A stretch of 64,000 nucleotides of DNA from an uncultured archaeon (GTDB lineage: Archaea > Asgardarchaeota > Thorarchaeia > Thorarchaeales > Thorarchaeaceae), in NCBI GenBank assembly GCA_964610875.1, contig CAZSWP010000002.1, positions 52,531 through 116,530 on the forward strand. The letters run 5' to 3'. Below the pieces are notes generated by a model. That model was not told the DNA's origin and searched no databases. It was given only the letters and a program-made list of their open reading frames with translations. Position 1 is the stretch's first letter. Every line of letters begins with the position of its first letter. Positions 51,397-61,329 of the stretch are shown one piece after another. Both the position numbers and the translations under genes were made by a program.

Positions 51397-51456
51397 TTTG
51401 ATATTTATCAAAATACTTATAAGCAAATACAGCTATGTTTGATATATGTCAAACAT
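51397..51456 (+). promoter_or_regulatory. TATA box flanked by two palindromic operators
   Basis: TTTGATATTTATCAAA (51397-51412), CTTATAAG (51416-51423), ATGTTTGATATATGTCAAACAT (51435-51456). Confidence 0.7.
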
Positions 51457-51497
51457 CAAGCGTTCGGCGCTTGCGACTCGATAAGGTGTTAACAACA

Positions 51498-52415
51498 ATG
51501 TCAACCAACCAACCCACAACCGACTTCAATACTATCTTTGAAGACCTCAAGACAAGTGTCAAGCTGGCAAAGGATAACATTCTGAGTTATGCTCTTGCCC
51601 ACATCGGCATGGGTTTTGCACTCATCTTCATACTAGCAATAGTTGCGATTCCGGTGTTAGCTTTTGTAATCTTATCAGGACCAGTTATCTGGACTTCGAT
51701 TGCAGATATCGTGATGGCTGGACCTGATTCTAGCAGGTTCTTACTTGGTGGCGCGTTTGGCCTTCTGTTTGTTCCATTCTTTGCTGTCGTTTACACATTG
51801 AACGGCGCACTCTTTGGAATGAGCAAGGAGGTCATAGAGCAGGGTAAGACCAAGGCTGAAACTTCATTCTCATTTCTATCTGGCAAGTTCCTCCCATTGA
51901 TGGGTGCAGGCATTCTCCTCACACTGATCATTATTGCACCACAGGCACTTGTCTGGTACGTGGTATCATACCTGAACGGATGGACTATTCCTCTTCTCTA
52001 CTCCCAGATACTGATTGTATTCACATATGTCTACTCTAACATAACTTCCGGATTCTGCGCTATGGTACTACCAGCCATCGTGAATGGAGCTGGCGTCCAA
52101 GATGCATTCAAGGAATCATTCCGCCTAGCCATTGATAGATTCGATAGAGTCTTTGGTGTCTTAATCGGCATTAACATTGTATTCTTTGCGCTCTTTGGAC
52201 CAATAATGGTACTCGGTCTCCTAGTCCCATTTGCCTGGTCTACCCTAGTCCTCGCACCTGCAGTAGCAGTGATTGCACTATGGACGGTCATCGCAGTGAT
52301 CTTGACTGGTCTACTCTTCATTCCAGCAGCATACATTGTCTGGATGAAGGTCTACCATGAGTTGACTGGCAAACCAGTCTATGAAGGTGAACCAGTCGAG
52401 GTACCGATGGTCTGA
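51498..52415 (+). CDS. Polytopic membrane protein (paralog of the next gene)
   Basis: About 6 TM segments; shares ED.K.S.K.A..NILS..LA.IG, GALFGM..E..E.G.T.A, PAI..G, FDRV with the next ORF. Confidence 0.8.
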   Translation: MSTNQPTTDFNTIFEDLKTSVKLAKDNILSYALAHIGMGFALIFILAIVAIPVLAFVILSGPVIWTSIADIVMAGPDSSRFLLGGAFGLLFVPFFAVVYTLNGALFGMSKEVIEQGKTKAETSFSFLSGKFLPLMGAGILLTLIIIAPQALVWYVVSYLNGWTIPLLYSQILIVFTYVYSNITSGFCAMVLPAIVNGAGVQDAFKESFRLAIDRFDRVFGVLIGINIVFFALFGPIMVLGLLVPFAWSTLVLAPAVAVIALWTVIAVILTGLLFIPAAYIVWMKVYHELTGKPVYEGEPVEVPMV

Positions 52416-52489
52416 AATACCACCACCACCTGAGAGTGTCACTGTCGGAAGACGGGGGCACTCTCAAACCCCTCTTTATGGTGAACAAA

Positions 52490-53419
52490 ATGTCGATGAA
52501 AAGTACCAACATGAGAGTTCTGCTGGAAGACGTAAAGGTCAGCTTCAAGTTTGCTGTGAAAAATATTCTCTCTTTCATTCTTGCAATGATAGGCGTAGCG
52601 ATTGTTACAGTAATACTGATTCTAGTAGTAGCAGCAATTATCGTACCAATATTCATAGCTGTGCTTGGATTCCCCGGAATGATCGAGCTCTTTACTCAAT
52701 GGGCAGTAACTTTTGAAACAGCAACGGGACTTGCAATAGTTGGAATGTCTATCTTATTCATTACACCTTTTGCAGCACCATTCATGGCTTCATTTGGAGC
52801 CCTCTTTGGAATGGCCCGTGAGATTGTGGAAAGTGAAGGAACACACGCTTCAGGAGTGTTCACTTGGTACAAGAACAAGTTTCTCTCTCTTCTCGGAGGA
52901 GGAGTTATCCAATTCCTTGTGGCAATTTTACCAATTGCAGTTGTAGTAGCTATAGTAGCACCGTTTAGTATAAGTTTCACAACCACAGACCTCTATCACG
53001 GTATTGCTTTCCTTGTTGTGATTATTGTCTATTGGACCATTGCAATGGGAGCATTATCAATGATTTTTCCAGCAATAATTGACGGTAATTCGGTCATCGA
53101 CTCACTGAAGATTTCAATTACCTATAGTAAGAACTACTTCGACCGCGTCTATTCTGTCTGGATAGCATTCATCGGAATAATAGTTGCCTTACTTATTCCG
53201 ATTATCGCAGCACCAATGAATCTATTCATGACTGGAACCAACTTTATCCCCGGAGCTGCATGGGGACTCTATACAGCAATTACGATGATTATGATGATAA
53301 TAGTCGTGTTCCCTGCAATGGTAATTGGAATGTCGAGAATCTATCTGATTCTATCAGGTGAAGAAATACTGGTTCAAGAAGAAACACATCCAGACATCAG
53401 CTTTGTTGGGGGTATCTAA
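52490..53419 (+). CDS. Polytopic membrane protein (paralog of the previous gene)
   Basis: Same motifs as the previous ORF; GGTGA RBS precedes ATG 52490. Confidence 0.8.
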   Translation: MSMKSTNMRVLLEDVKVSFKFAVKNILSFILAMIGVAIVTVILILVVAAIIVPIFIAVLGFPGMIELFTQWAVTFETATGLAIVGMSILFITPFAAPFMASFGALFGMAREIVESEGTHASGVFTWYKNKFLSLLGGGVIQFLVAILPIAVVVAIVAPFSISFTTTDLYHGIAFLVVIIVYWTIAMGALSMIFPAIIDGNSVIDSLKISITYSKNYFDRVYSVWIAFIGIIVALLIPIIAAPMNLFMTGTNFIPGAAWGLYTAITMIMMIIVVFPAMVIGMSRIYLILSGEEILVQEETHPDISFVGGI

Positions 53420-53422
53420 CAG

Positions 53423-54061
53423 GTGGCAATAGAAAGCAAAGTCGAGCCCATGAAGGACCTTGAAATCATCTCGGATCCTAAGACCATCAAGGTCTTGTTT
53501 GAGTCAACCCGGGCTGCGATTGTATTCAAATATCTAATAAATGGCTCAATGACTGTCAAGCAATTGGCAGATGCATTAGATAAGAATCCTGGTACGATAC
53601 TACATCACATTGACAAGCTGAAAGCCGCTGGTCTCGTGGTGCAAGAACGTACCGAAGCTACACGAACTGGTATTGTACAACGATACTACCGTGCCTCGGC
53701 ACGAGAATATCGTTTGGGTATCAGTGGAATGATGCAGACTGATGGTGGAGTGGCTCAGTTTGCTAAGAATCGTCTGATCTCCATGATAAATAGTCTGTCC
53801 GTCTATGGAATTGAGATTCCTGAATCTCAGATGGATGAAGCAATGGAGCTACTCAGGCAGTTAATTGAGAGGGAAAATACAGTGAGCTCAAGTCTTCCGA
53901 TATTAGATGAAGTGAAGTATCATACGTTGTCACCCTCAGTACGTAACGATGCGTCGCGGATCATGCGTCGATATGCACTCGAAAACGATTCGCAATACCA
54001 GGAACTACGCTCACAGTGGCACGAGTTCCTGAATCGCTATAACAAAGGTGTATCTAACTAA
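53423..54061 (+). CDS. ArsR-like winged-helix transcriptional regulator
   Basis: MTVKQLADAL.K.PGTILHHI.KL..AGLV....T..G.VQRYY. Confidence 0.88.
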   Translation: MAIESKVEPMKDLEIISDPKTIKVLFESTRAAIVFKYLINGSMTVKQLADALDKNPGTILHHIDKLKAAGLVVQERTEATRTGIVQRYYRASAREYRLGISGMMQTDGGVAQFAKNRLISMINSLSVYGIEIPESQMDEAMELLRQLIERENTVSSSLPILDEVKYHTLSPSVRNDASRIMRRYALENDSQYQELRSQWHEFLNRYNKGVSN

Positions 54062-54864
54062 TGAGTAATTATGAACGTAACAATACAATGGTTGCATGTA
54101 TCATCGCCGCTATTATAGTAGGCGCAGTTGGCGTAGGATCTATTGCAATGTTGGGCATAAACAATTGGGCACCCACATGGAACCTCGGTGATTGGAACCC
54201 TGGTGATTGGAACATTGGAGAATGGGAAAACACTACAACCTATGAGTTCTCAAGAACCGAATCATCGATGCCAGATGAAGTTGCAATAGGACTAGAGATT
54301 TCGACAGGGGGCTTTGATATTATCTTCACTGATGACCCCGATCTCGTTTATGAGATTGCCATGGTTGTGCCTAATAGAACTGTTGAACAACACGGCGTAC
54401 CGACTGTGAACTACGTTGATGAAACTGTCACACTGGCTTACACAACAGCACTAGTGAACGTGACTCTTGGAAATGGTACAATTTATGCACTTGACATTGA
54501 TACGACCACCGGAGGAGTATCACTAGTTCTATCATCACCAGGTCAAGTTTCAGACGTTGACGTTGATGTCACTACTGGTGGCATTGAATGTGTCATTACC
54601 GACGACGTGGTCTTTGATGGCAATGTCAGTATAGACCTCACTGCGACTACTGGTGGTATAGACCTCACTGTAGGTCTTCCAACAGGCATTGGAGGAAGGT
54701 TAACAACAAGTGTGAGTACCGGCCCTGTTGATGTGACCACCACGACATGGACAGAAGTAACAGTTGACGAAGTTTATGAAACTTCGGACTATGATACTGC
54801 CACACAAGTAGTACAAATAGCGGCAAGCACCACTACTGGTGGTATTCAAGCAGTCTTGTCCTAG
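54061..54864 (+). CDS. Membrane-anchored DUF4097/adhesin-like beta-repeat protein
   Basis: N-terminal TM, WN(L/P/I)GDW repeats, repeated TTGGI/V beta-turn motifs. Confidence 0.7.
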   Translation: MSNYERNNTMVACIIAAIIVGAVGVGSIAMLGINNWAPTWNLGDWNPGDWNIGEWENTTTYEFSRTESSMPDEVAIGLEISTGGFDIIFTDDPDLVYEIAMVVPNRTVEQHGVPTVNYVDETVTLAYTTALVNVTLGNGTIYALDIDTTTGGVSLVLSSPGQVSDVDVDVTTGGIECVITDDVVFDGNVSIDLTATTGGIDLTVGLPTGIGGRLTTSVSTGPVDVTTTTWTEVTVDEVYETSDYDTATQVVQIAASTTTGGIQAVLS

Positions 54865-54873
54865 AAGTACACA

Positions 54874-54906
54874 GTGGAGGATGGTTCCTCCACATCTCTC
54901 TTTTTT
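54874..54906 (+). terminator. Hairpin plus T-tract terminator
   Basis: GTGGAGGA-TGGT-TCCTCCAC followed by TCTCTCTTTTTT, between convergent genes. Confidence 0.7.
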
Positions 54907-54923
54907 AATACACAACAATCGAA

Positions 54924-56705
54924 CTAGATTGTCTTCTTTAGTTCAGATAGCAATCTATCAGCCTGTTTTGGTCCAAGTTCCCAGAATTGTGGATCAGTCA
55001 AGTCATGACCAAATTCTGCAATTTGTTCACGAGGACTTTTACTTCCACCACTACTAAGGAGTTTCTTAAACCGTAGATTGAAATCACCCTCTCCACTCTT
55101 GTACTCTTCATAGATCGCATATACCAGCATCTGTGCGAACGAGTAGGGATAATTATAGAACCTATAGTTTGCAAAGAAGAAGTGGGGTATCCGAGCCCAC
55201 TCATATTCCATGCATTCAGACCACTCTACTGCATCGCCGAATATCCGGTCTCTACTCTTTCTCCAGAGGTCACAGGCTATTTCAGAATCGATGTGATCCC
55301 CACGTTCTATGACTTTGTATAGCTCCTTCTCAAATAGAGCTCTCATTCCTACGTAGTAGACAGTGTAGTAGAAGTCACCAAGTGTGTGAGAGAGTACTTC
55401 AAATCGTTGTTCGTCATTCTCTGACATTCCTAGCATCTTATCTGTTAGGAGTAATTCACCAAATATACTACCGGTTTCTGCCATACACATCCCTGCAGAA
55501 TAGTTCAAGGGTGTCTGAGAGTTGTATATTAGATGACCCTGAGCTGCATGCCCATTCTCATGCGCCAAAGTGAAAACATCGCCAAGCGTTTCTGCATAAG
55601 TCATCATAATGAAGGATTTCTTGGCACTAGGCCAACCTGCACAAAATGCAGTGTTTGCCTTTCCAACTCTGGATAAGGCATCAATTCGGGAGTCTTCAAA
55701 CATGCTCTTTACAACCATTCCCATTTCTTCATCAAAGGATGCAAAGGAATCAATTACGATCTTTCTAGCATCAGCATACTTGAAACTCCACACAGACTCT
55801 GCCACCCATGGTGCTATTACATCAGATCCTTTGAGTTTTTCAAGATCCATGTATTTAGCTTTTAATTTGAGGAAATCTTGGTATATCTTCGATGTGGATT
55901 CAATTGCTTCTAGAAGGGATTCAATTGTAGCCTCGTCAACATCCTGAGCAAGTAGACTTTGGGTCATTGTTGAGGGCATTCCCCGCCTTTCTGTCATTTC
56001 AACGTGATCAGCGCAGATTCCATGAAGTGCTGTAGCGTGAATCAGTTTAGCATCGGAGTAGCTTTTGTAGAGTGTTCTTGAGGCCATTTCCCGGACCGGT
56101 CGTTTTGTGTCCTGCCTCATCGAACTCAACACTGGAAGAGGTACTTCTCTTTTCTCCCCATCCACTTCAATTTCAAAGACTCGGGAAGAAACCCAAGACT
56201 CTTGGAGTTTTGATAGAAGAGATATTCCATTGACATCTTTCGCTGCAATAAGTCGTTCTTCAACCTCTGAAAGGCGATATGGAGCGGATTTCCTAATCTT
56301 CTCAAGGTAATGCTGGTAATTACTTAGTTTTGAGTCATTGATTAGTTCAGGTCGTTCAAGTAAGACCTCACCTAACTTGATGCTGAAAACAGTGTTGGCT
56401 GCACTGATTCTGCTAGCTGCTTTGTCAGCCCAACTTTTCAACTGTGCATTCTCTTTGTCGGTAGTTCCTACAGTATAACGTAGATTGCAATAAGATAAAA
56501 CATCTCTCACTTCTACATTCAGTTTTTCATGCTCTTGGAGTATCTTAGCAAGGTCTTCTGATGATATAGATGCCAACTGTTTGATATCATGTTGAAGCTT
56601 TTCTTCGACTTCCTTGGAAAAATACACAAGTTTCTCTTTGACCTCTGGTGCCGAGATTCCTTGCACCATAGGAGCAACATTCCATTCCATTTCACCTTGA
56701 CTCAT
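54924..56705 (-). CDS. pepF: M3B oligoendopeptidase F
   Basis: IDA..R.GK..TAFC, TLAHENGHAAQ, AETGSIFGE, WARIPHF...FYNYPYSF. Confidence 0.9.
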   Translation of the reverse strand: MSQGEMEWNVAPMVQGISAPEVKEKLVYFSKEVEEKLQHDIKQLASISSEDLAKILQEHEKLNVEVRDVLSYCNLRYTVGTTDKENAQLKSWADKAASRISAANTVFSIKLGEVLLERPELINDSKLSNYQHYLEKIRKSAPYRLSEVEERLIAAKDVNGISLLSKLQESWVSSRVFEIEVDGEKREVPLPVLSSMRQDTKRPVREMASRTLYKSYSDAKLIHATALHGICADHVEMTERRGMPSTMTQSLLAQDVDEATIESLLEAIESTSKIYQDFLKLKAKYMDLEKLKGSDVIAPWVAESVWSFKYADARKIVIDSFASFDEEMGMVVKSMFEDSRIDALSRVGKANTAFCAGWPSAKKSFIMMTYAETLGDVFTLAHENGHAAQGHLIYNSQTPLNYSAGMCMAETGSIFGELLLTDKMLGMSENDEQRFEVLSHTLGDFYYTVYYVGMRALFEKELYKVIERGDHIDSEIACDLWRKSRDRIFGDAVEWSECMEYEWARIPHFFFANYRFYNYPYSFAQMLVYAIYEEYKSGEGDFNLRFKKLLSSGGSKSPREQIAEFGHDLTDPQFWELGPKQADRLLSELKKTI

Positions 56706-56876
56706 TGTAATGACCTGTTTCTCGGCAAAATCTCAATATGTTAAAAGGGCTCTCTTTGTTACAAGAACGTGGTTTGATATTTCATCTAATCTATATTGAT
56801 GGATTCGTCTAGGATTCAGCAATAGAATTTACCAGACAGCGTGAGTTATAACGAAACCAATTTTTGATGAAACAGG

Positions 56877-57530
56877 ATGAAAGCCAGCAAATCAGACCTT
56901 CATGTACATACAACTTATTCGGATGGTCTCTCTTCAGTACGAGAAGTTATCGAACGAGCAGCCACCATGAATTTGGACGCAATAGCGTTGACCGATCATT
57001 TCTGGCCATCAATAGGAAGTAGAAGGGGAGGAGCTGGGTTAATTGAGGAACGGAGAAGAGAAATCAACGAGCTCCGTGCCGCATATCCGAATCTGAGAAT
57101 CCTTGACGGAGCAGAAGTTGACCTCTACACAGATGGTTCTCATGCTCCTGTTTCGGGAGGATTGGATCAATTTGATATCATAATTGGTTCATTTCATCTT
57201 AGATGTGATTCAACACAGTGGGCACATGGAATCGAATCTGTGCTGAATAATCTCCATTTTGATATTCTAGGACACTGGGATGGTTATTTGTCGTACTATA
57301 GACAAGAGGATGGAGAGAGAGTTGCACAACTTCTAGCAGAAAAGAATGTAGCAATAGAGATCAGTCATAGATATCCAACTGAACACATAAGATTCCTGGA
57401 AGCAGCTAGAGATGCTGGATGTAAATTCACTTTAGGAAGTGATGCTCATCATGTTTCATCTGTTGGGGACCTCTCAGTTGAGCTAAGTGAAGCTAAAGCT
57501 CTTGGTCTTACTTTGCTTGACATAGCGTGA
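56877..57530 (+). CDS. PHP-domain phosphoesterase
   Basis: DLHVHTTYSDG, ALTDH, GAEVD, GSFH, ILGH, GSDAH. Confidence 0.9.
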   Translation: MKASKSDLHVHTTYSDGLSSVREVIERAATMNLDAIALTDHFWPSIGSRRGGAGLIEERRREINELRAAYPNLRILDGAEVDLYTDGSHAPVSGGLDQFDIIIGSFHLRCDSTQWAHGIESVLNNLHFDILGHWDGYLSYYRQEDGERVAQLLAEKNVAIEISHRYPTEHIRFLEAARDAGCKFTLGSDAHHVSSVGDLSVELSEAKALGLTLLDIA

Positions 57531-57609
57531 GATGGATGACATAGTGGAGCTGCATACCATAATTGAAACTGACAGTACACTATCTGCTATTGAGTCACTG
57601 GTCCGTTGC

Positions 57610-57656
57610 GGACGCGTTCTAGGATTGTCCAGCTTTTTGGCAGTTGTTAACAACCC
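57610..57656 (-). mobile_element. Isolated left end of the GGT-bounded element
   Basis: Minus strand GGGTT-GTTAA-CAACT-GCCAAAAAGCTGGACA-ATCCTAGA has exactly the spacing of the left ends at 48221 and 58846. Confidence 0.55.
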
Positions 57657-57739
57657 TTTTCTCCTTGAGAGATTCTCACTGCTATGTCTAACAAACCATC
57701 AACAATTTCATCGAGTAGGTTTGATTCATCATCGGACAT
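57647..57739 (-). CDS. 30-aa small ORF (MSDDESNLLDEIVDGLLDIAVRISQGEKGC), possibly truncated by the element
   Basis: Amphipathic acidic helix; its stop lies inside the element left end. Confidence 0.35.
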   Translation of the reverse strand: MSDDESNLLDEIVDGLLDIAVRISQGEKGC

Positions 57740-57849
57740 TGATCATTTAAATGACTAATACTGGACAAAAGTAATTCTCAGGACGTATGATTTTTGTGTA
57801 TTAATCTATCATTATTGACATTGTATAAGAAAAAAAGGAGTCCAGTGAG

Positions 57850-58263
57850 ATGGAAAAGCACTTGATTTTTTCTGAGGAGTGGTTGTGTTCGTATAAGGAA
57901 TTACTCGATGTTAATGAGCGGTACAAAGAGGTGGCAAGCGATTGGGAAGGAGATTTCATCTTTGAAATAACTCCAGATTATGATTCCATAGAAGAACCAA
58001 TTCGGCTTTATATCGACCTCTGGCATGGACGGATTAGAGATATCTGGGTTGCTAAGGGGGATGAAAAACCAGATTTTGTATATTCAGGGTTTCTTGAGAA
58101 TTGGAAGAAACTGATCGCGAAGAAAATCGGTCCCATAAGAGCCCTAATGTCAAGAAAATTCAAGCTTCAAGGGTCGTATAGTAAAGTGGTCAGATATATA
58201 GCAGCGGCACAAGAACTTGTTGACACTGCAGCAAGAGTTCCGACAAGGTTCCCTGACGAGTAA
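57850..58263 (+). CDS. SCP2 sterol/lipid-binding domain protein
   Basis: F.SEEW, WEGDFIFEI, IDLWHG, NWKKL, ALMSRKFKLQG. Confidence 0.88.
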   Translation: MEKHLIFSEEWLCSYKELLDVNERYKEVASDWEGDFIFEITPDYDSIEEPIRLYIDLWHGRIRDIWVAKGDEKPDFVYSGFLENWKKLIAKKIGPIRALMSRKFKLQGSYSKVVRYIAAAQELVDTAARVPTRFPDE

Positions 58264-58341
58264 GTTTCTTTCAGACATCCAGAAGGCTTTTCTCTCACGG
58301 AGTCCACTGAAGTCAAGTAATTCAAAAGGAGAAAATCGGAG

Positions 58342-58761
58342 ATGAGTGATAAACTAGTTTTTCCTTCGCCCGAATGGATAGCAAAATATTCAGAATTGTT
58401 GAATGATAATGATGATTACAAAGACGCCGCCAAGACATGGGAAGGCGATTTTGTCTTTGAGGTTGAAGCAGACGGAAAAGTGGTAAAAGAACCAATTAGA
58501 TTCTATCTAGACCTCTGGCATGGAGATTGCCGTGAAGCCAGAATGGCAACGCCAGATGATAATCCTGAATTCATCTACAAAGGACCTTACAAGAATTGGA
58601 AATTGTTACTTGATGGAAAGATAGACCCGATAAAAGGCCTGATGTCTCGTAAGTTTGCACTAGGTCAAGGGGATATGGGGAAGATTATGCGTGCGACGAA
58701 GGCTGCAGCCGAACTTGTAGCCACAGCAGCAAAAGTACCAACCAAATTTCTGGACGAATAG
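58342..58761 (+). CDS. SCP2 sterol/lipid-binding domain protein (tandem paralog)
   Basis: FPSPEW, WEGDFVFEV, LDLWHG.C, GKIDPIKGLM..KF.L..GDM..IMR. Confidence 0.9.
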   Translation: MSDKLVFPSPEWIAKYSELLNDNDDYKDAAKTWEGDFVFEVEADGKVVKEPIRFYLDLWHGDCREARMATPDDNPEFIYKGPYKNWKLLLDGKIDPIKGLMSRKFALGQGDMGKIMRATKAAAELVATAAKVPTKFLDE

Positions 58762-58777
58762 AACTGAGTTAAGCAAA

Positions 58778-60050
58778 ATGGCACAGTTAGACACAGAACT
58801 ACTTGATATCTTAGATATTGAACATCCCATTATTCAGGGTGGAATGGGTTTCGTACAGCTCCCAGAATTCCAGACAGACCTAGACATCAGTGTATAGGCA
58901 CTTATATACTCCTGACAAGAACAACTTGGTGAGGGTGTATTGACACACGAACGTGCTCTCACAAAGCCATTCCCAGTACCGCTCCTGGGAGGACAATGCT
59001 CTGGTGTCCAGAATTGTCCAGCTTACAATGAACGGTCCATACAAGACAGAATCGTTGGCAATAGCAGTAGCTAATGCAGGAGCCCTTGGAGCCATCAGTA
59101 GTATAGGGATGGCTGCGACTCTACTTCCTGAAGCTGCTCCAATAGACGCACAGAGATTATTTGGAGATGACCCACCCATAATCATCCTTGAGAAATCAAT
59201 CGAAGCTGTAACTAAAGGAGTGAAAGGAAGGGGAGGAATATTTGGAGTCAATGTGCCTGTCGCATCGGAGTTCATTCTTGCCTCAGAAATGTTCGTTAAA
59301 CAGACTATAGAGTCAATTCAATCGGATTCGGATATTGAACGGAGTCTAAGGGTTCTTATCACGTCTGCAGGAAATCCTACACCATGGAGCAAAGTCAAGA
59401 AATATGGATTGATTTGGATTCATGTTGTGCCATCAGTATATCATGCGAAAAAAGCCGAAAAAGCAGGGGCGGACATAATCGTCGCATCTGGACATGAAGG
59501 TGGTGCGCATATTTCATGGGACCCTGTCCATTCAATGGTATTGGTACCAGCAGTTGCCAAAGCTGTTGATGTTCCAGTGGTTGCGGCAGGGGGATTTTGT
59601 GATGGTGCGACTCTCGCCGCAGCACTTTGCCTTGGAGCTGTTGGAGTACAGATGGGAACTAGATTCATTGCAACACAAGAGAGTGACTTTGAACCCATTT
59701 GGAAGGAAGCCATCCTGAAAAGAGAGGAGAGGGAAACACTTGCTGGTAGAGGTCTCTTTGGACCTATGAGATTTGTCAGAAATAAAAGAGCTGAACAAAT
59801 TGTTGAGAAAACGTTGGAAGATGTCCCAAGATTCTATCTCGGGGAACCTGTCGAATCTAATGAAGCTATTTTGAATCTTGAGAGAGAAGGATTTGATGAC
59901 CTAATTGATGCCAAGGATGAAACAGCCTTGATGTTTGGTGGAGAATGTGTAGGTAGAATTACTGATTTACCAACTGTACAAAATCTTGTTGAAAGCATCA
60001 TTTCCGAGGCTTCTTTCGTTTTACAATCCATGCCCAAGCATGTAAAATGA
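58778..60050 (+). pseudogene. Nitronate monooxygenase/FabK-family flavoprotein interrupted by a 187-bp insertion
   Basis: MAQLDTELLDILDIEHPIIQGGMG (58778-58849) and PYKTESLAIAVANAGALG... (59037-60050) join in frame to give 361 aa; GHEGGAH, AAGGF.DG, GVQMGTRF are intact. Confidence 0.85.
58846..59036 (+). mobile_element. ~187-bp non-coding GGT-bounded element inserted in the NMO/FabK gene
   Basis: GGT at 58847-49 and 59034-36; imperfect subterminal inverted repeats; homologous to 48221-48410. Confidence 0.85.
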
Positions 60051-60140
60051 AACTTTTTTAGAAATACAGCAGAAATAAGAGGAAGAACGGGGATTGGTTC
60101 TAGCTGTAGGTAGTGTACCTCTGTATGGATGTGATTTGAA

Positions 60141-61316
60141 GTGGTCTGGTGGTTTTCAGTACCAAGAGTAGCATTTGGTGAAGATGCCCTGAGTGAATTA
60201 GAACAGTTAGTCGGAGAACGAGCTCTGATTATCACTGACAAAGTGATAGAAGGTCTAGGTTATCCAGCACGTGTGAAAGAAGTTCTCACCGACAGTGGGT
60301 GGGAAGCTGAAATATGGAATGATGTAGAACCCGATCCGAAGGTTTCTACCGCAAGAGCAGCCGCGAAAGAAATGGAGTCTTTGAAAGCTGATTGGATAAT
60401 TGCAGTTGGAGGAGGAAGTGTGATGGACACAGCTAAAGCTGCCTGGGTGCTTTACGCTAATCCAGAGATGGAACTGGAAAAACTGACTCCTTTTGAACAA
60501 CTAGGATTGCGAGAGAAAGCCAAACTTATCTGTATTCCAACGACTGCTGGTACGGGTTCTGAAGCAACTCGTGCAATTGTTATCAGAGAAGATGAGAGTG
60601 GAAGGAAGTTTGCCACAATAAATCCAGAGTTGACTGCGGATTTGGCAATACTTGAGCCAGAGTTTGTTAAAGACCTACCCAAAGAACTCACTATGTACAC
60701 AGGAATGGACGCGCTCACTCACGCAGTTGAGGCTTACATCTCCATGTGGAAAAACGACTTTTCTGACGCTTGTTCATTGAAATCAATCAAGATGATATTT
60801 GAGTGGCTTCCAAAATCGCTTTCAGACTTGGAAGACCTGGAAGCGAGGGAGAAGATGCTGGTTGCTGCTAATCTGGCAGGTATGTCATTCAGCAACTCAC
60901 AGGTATGCATAGCACACTCACTTGGGCATAGTATGGGCTCCGTACTCCGTGTACAACATGGGCTCGCTGTGGGACTCTCACTTCCTTATACAATAGAATA
61001 CAATGCACATGATACACCTGAAGCAATCAAATACTTCTCCGAGCTAGCATGGTTACTGGATATTGAAGGAGAGGAAGGAGAAAATCTTGCACGTGCATTA
61101 GCTGAGATGATTAGAGAGTTTCAGACATCCATTGGATTCCCAACCGACCTTCAAAAAGCCGGTGTTTCGAAGAAGGCCTTTGATAGTGGGTTAGAAACAC
61201 TTGTTGAGTATGCCATGATGGACTCGAGCATAACAATGACCCCAAGAAACATCGACAGCGACGGCATTCGCAAAATGTATCAATACATGTTTGATGGCAA
61301 AAGGATAGATTTCTAG
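60141..61316 (+). CDS. Iron-containing alcohol dehydrogenase
   Basis: VEPDP, AVGGGSVMDTAK, PTTAGTGSEAT, GMDALTHAVE, AHSLGH, HG. Confidence 0.93.
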   Translation: MVWWFSVPRVAFGEDALSELEQLVGERALIITDKVIEGLGYPARVKEVLTDSGWEAEIWNDVEPDPKVSTARAAAKEMESLKADWIIAVGGGSVMDTAKAAWVLYANPEMELEKLTPFEQLGLREKAKLICIPTTAGTGSEATRAIVIREDESGRKFATINPELTADLAILEPEFVKDLPKELTMYTGMDALTHAVEAYISMWKNDFSDACSLKSIKMIFEWLPKSLSDLEDLEAREKMLVAANLAGMSFSNSQVCIAHSLGHSMGSVLRVQHGLAVGLSLPYTIEYNAHDTPEAIKYFSELAWLLDIEGEEGENLARALAEMIREFQTSIGFPTDLQKAGVSKKAFDSGLETLVEYAMMDSSITMTPRNIDSDGIRKMYQYMFDGKRIDF

Positions 61317-61329
61317 GAGGATACCGTAA

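Noticed and set aside
57532-57750. 72-aa plus-strand ORF
   Set aside because: No recognisable motifs; overlaps the element end and a more protein-like minus-strand small ORF.
58953-59033. Start of the 365-aa ORF (MLSQSHSQ...)
   Set aside because: These codons come from the inserted element; the real N-terminus is at 58778.
58846-59036. CRISPR repeat or integron attC reading of the GTT...AAC element
   Set aside because: No regularly spaced repeat-spacer array and no cas genes. attC sites run AAC...GTT, the opposite order, and no integrase is present.
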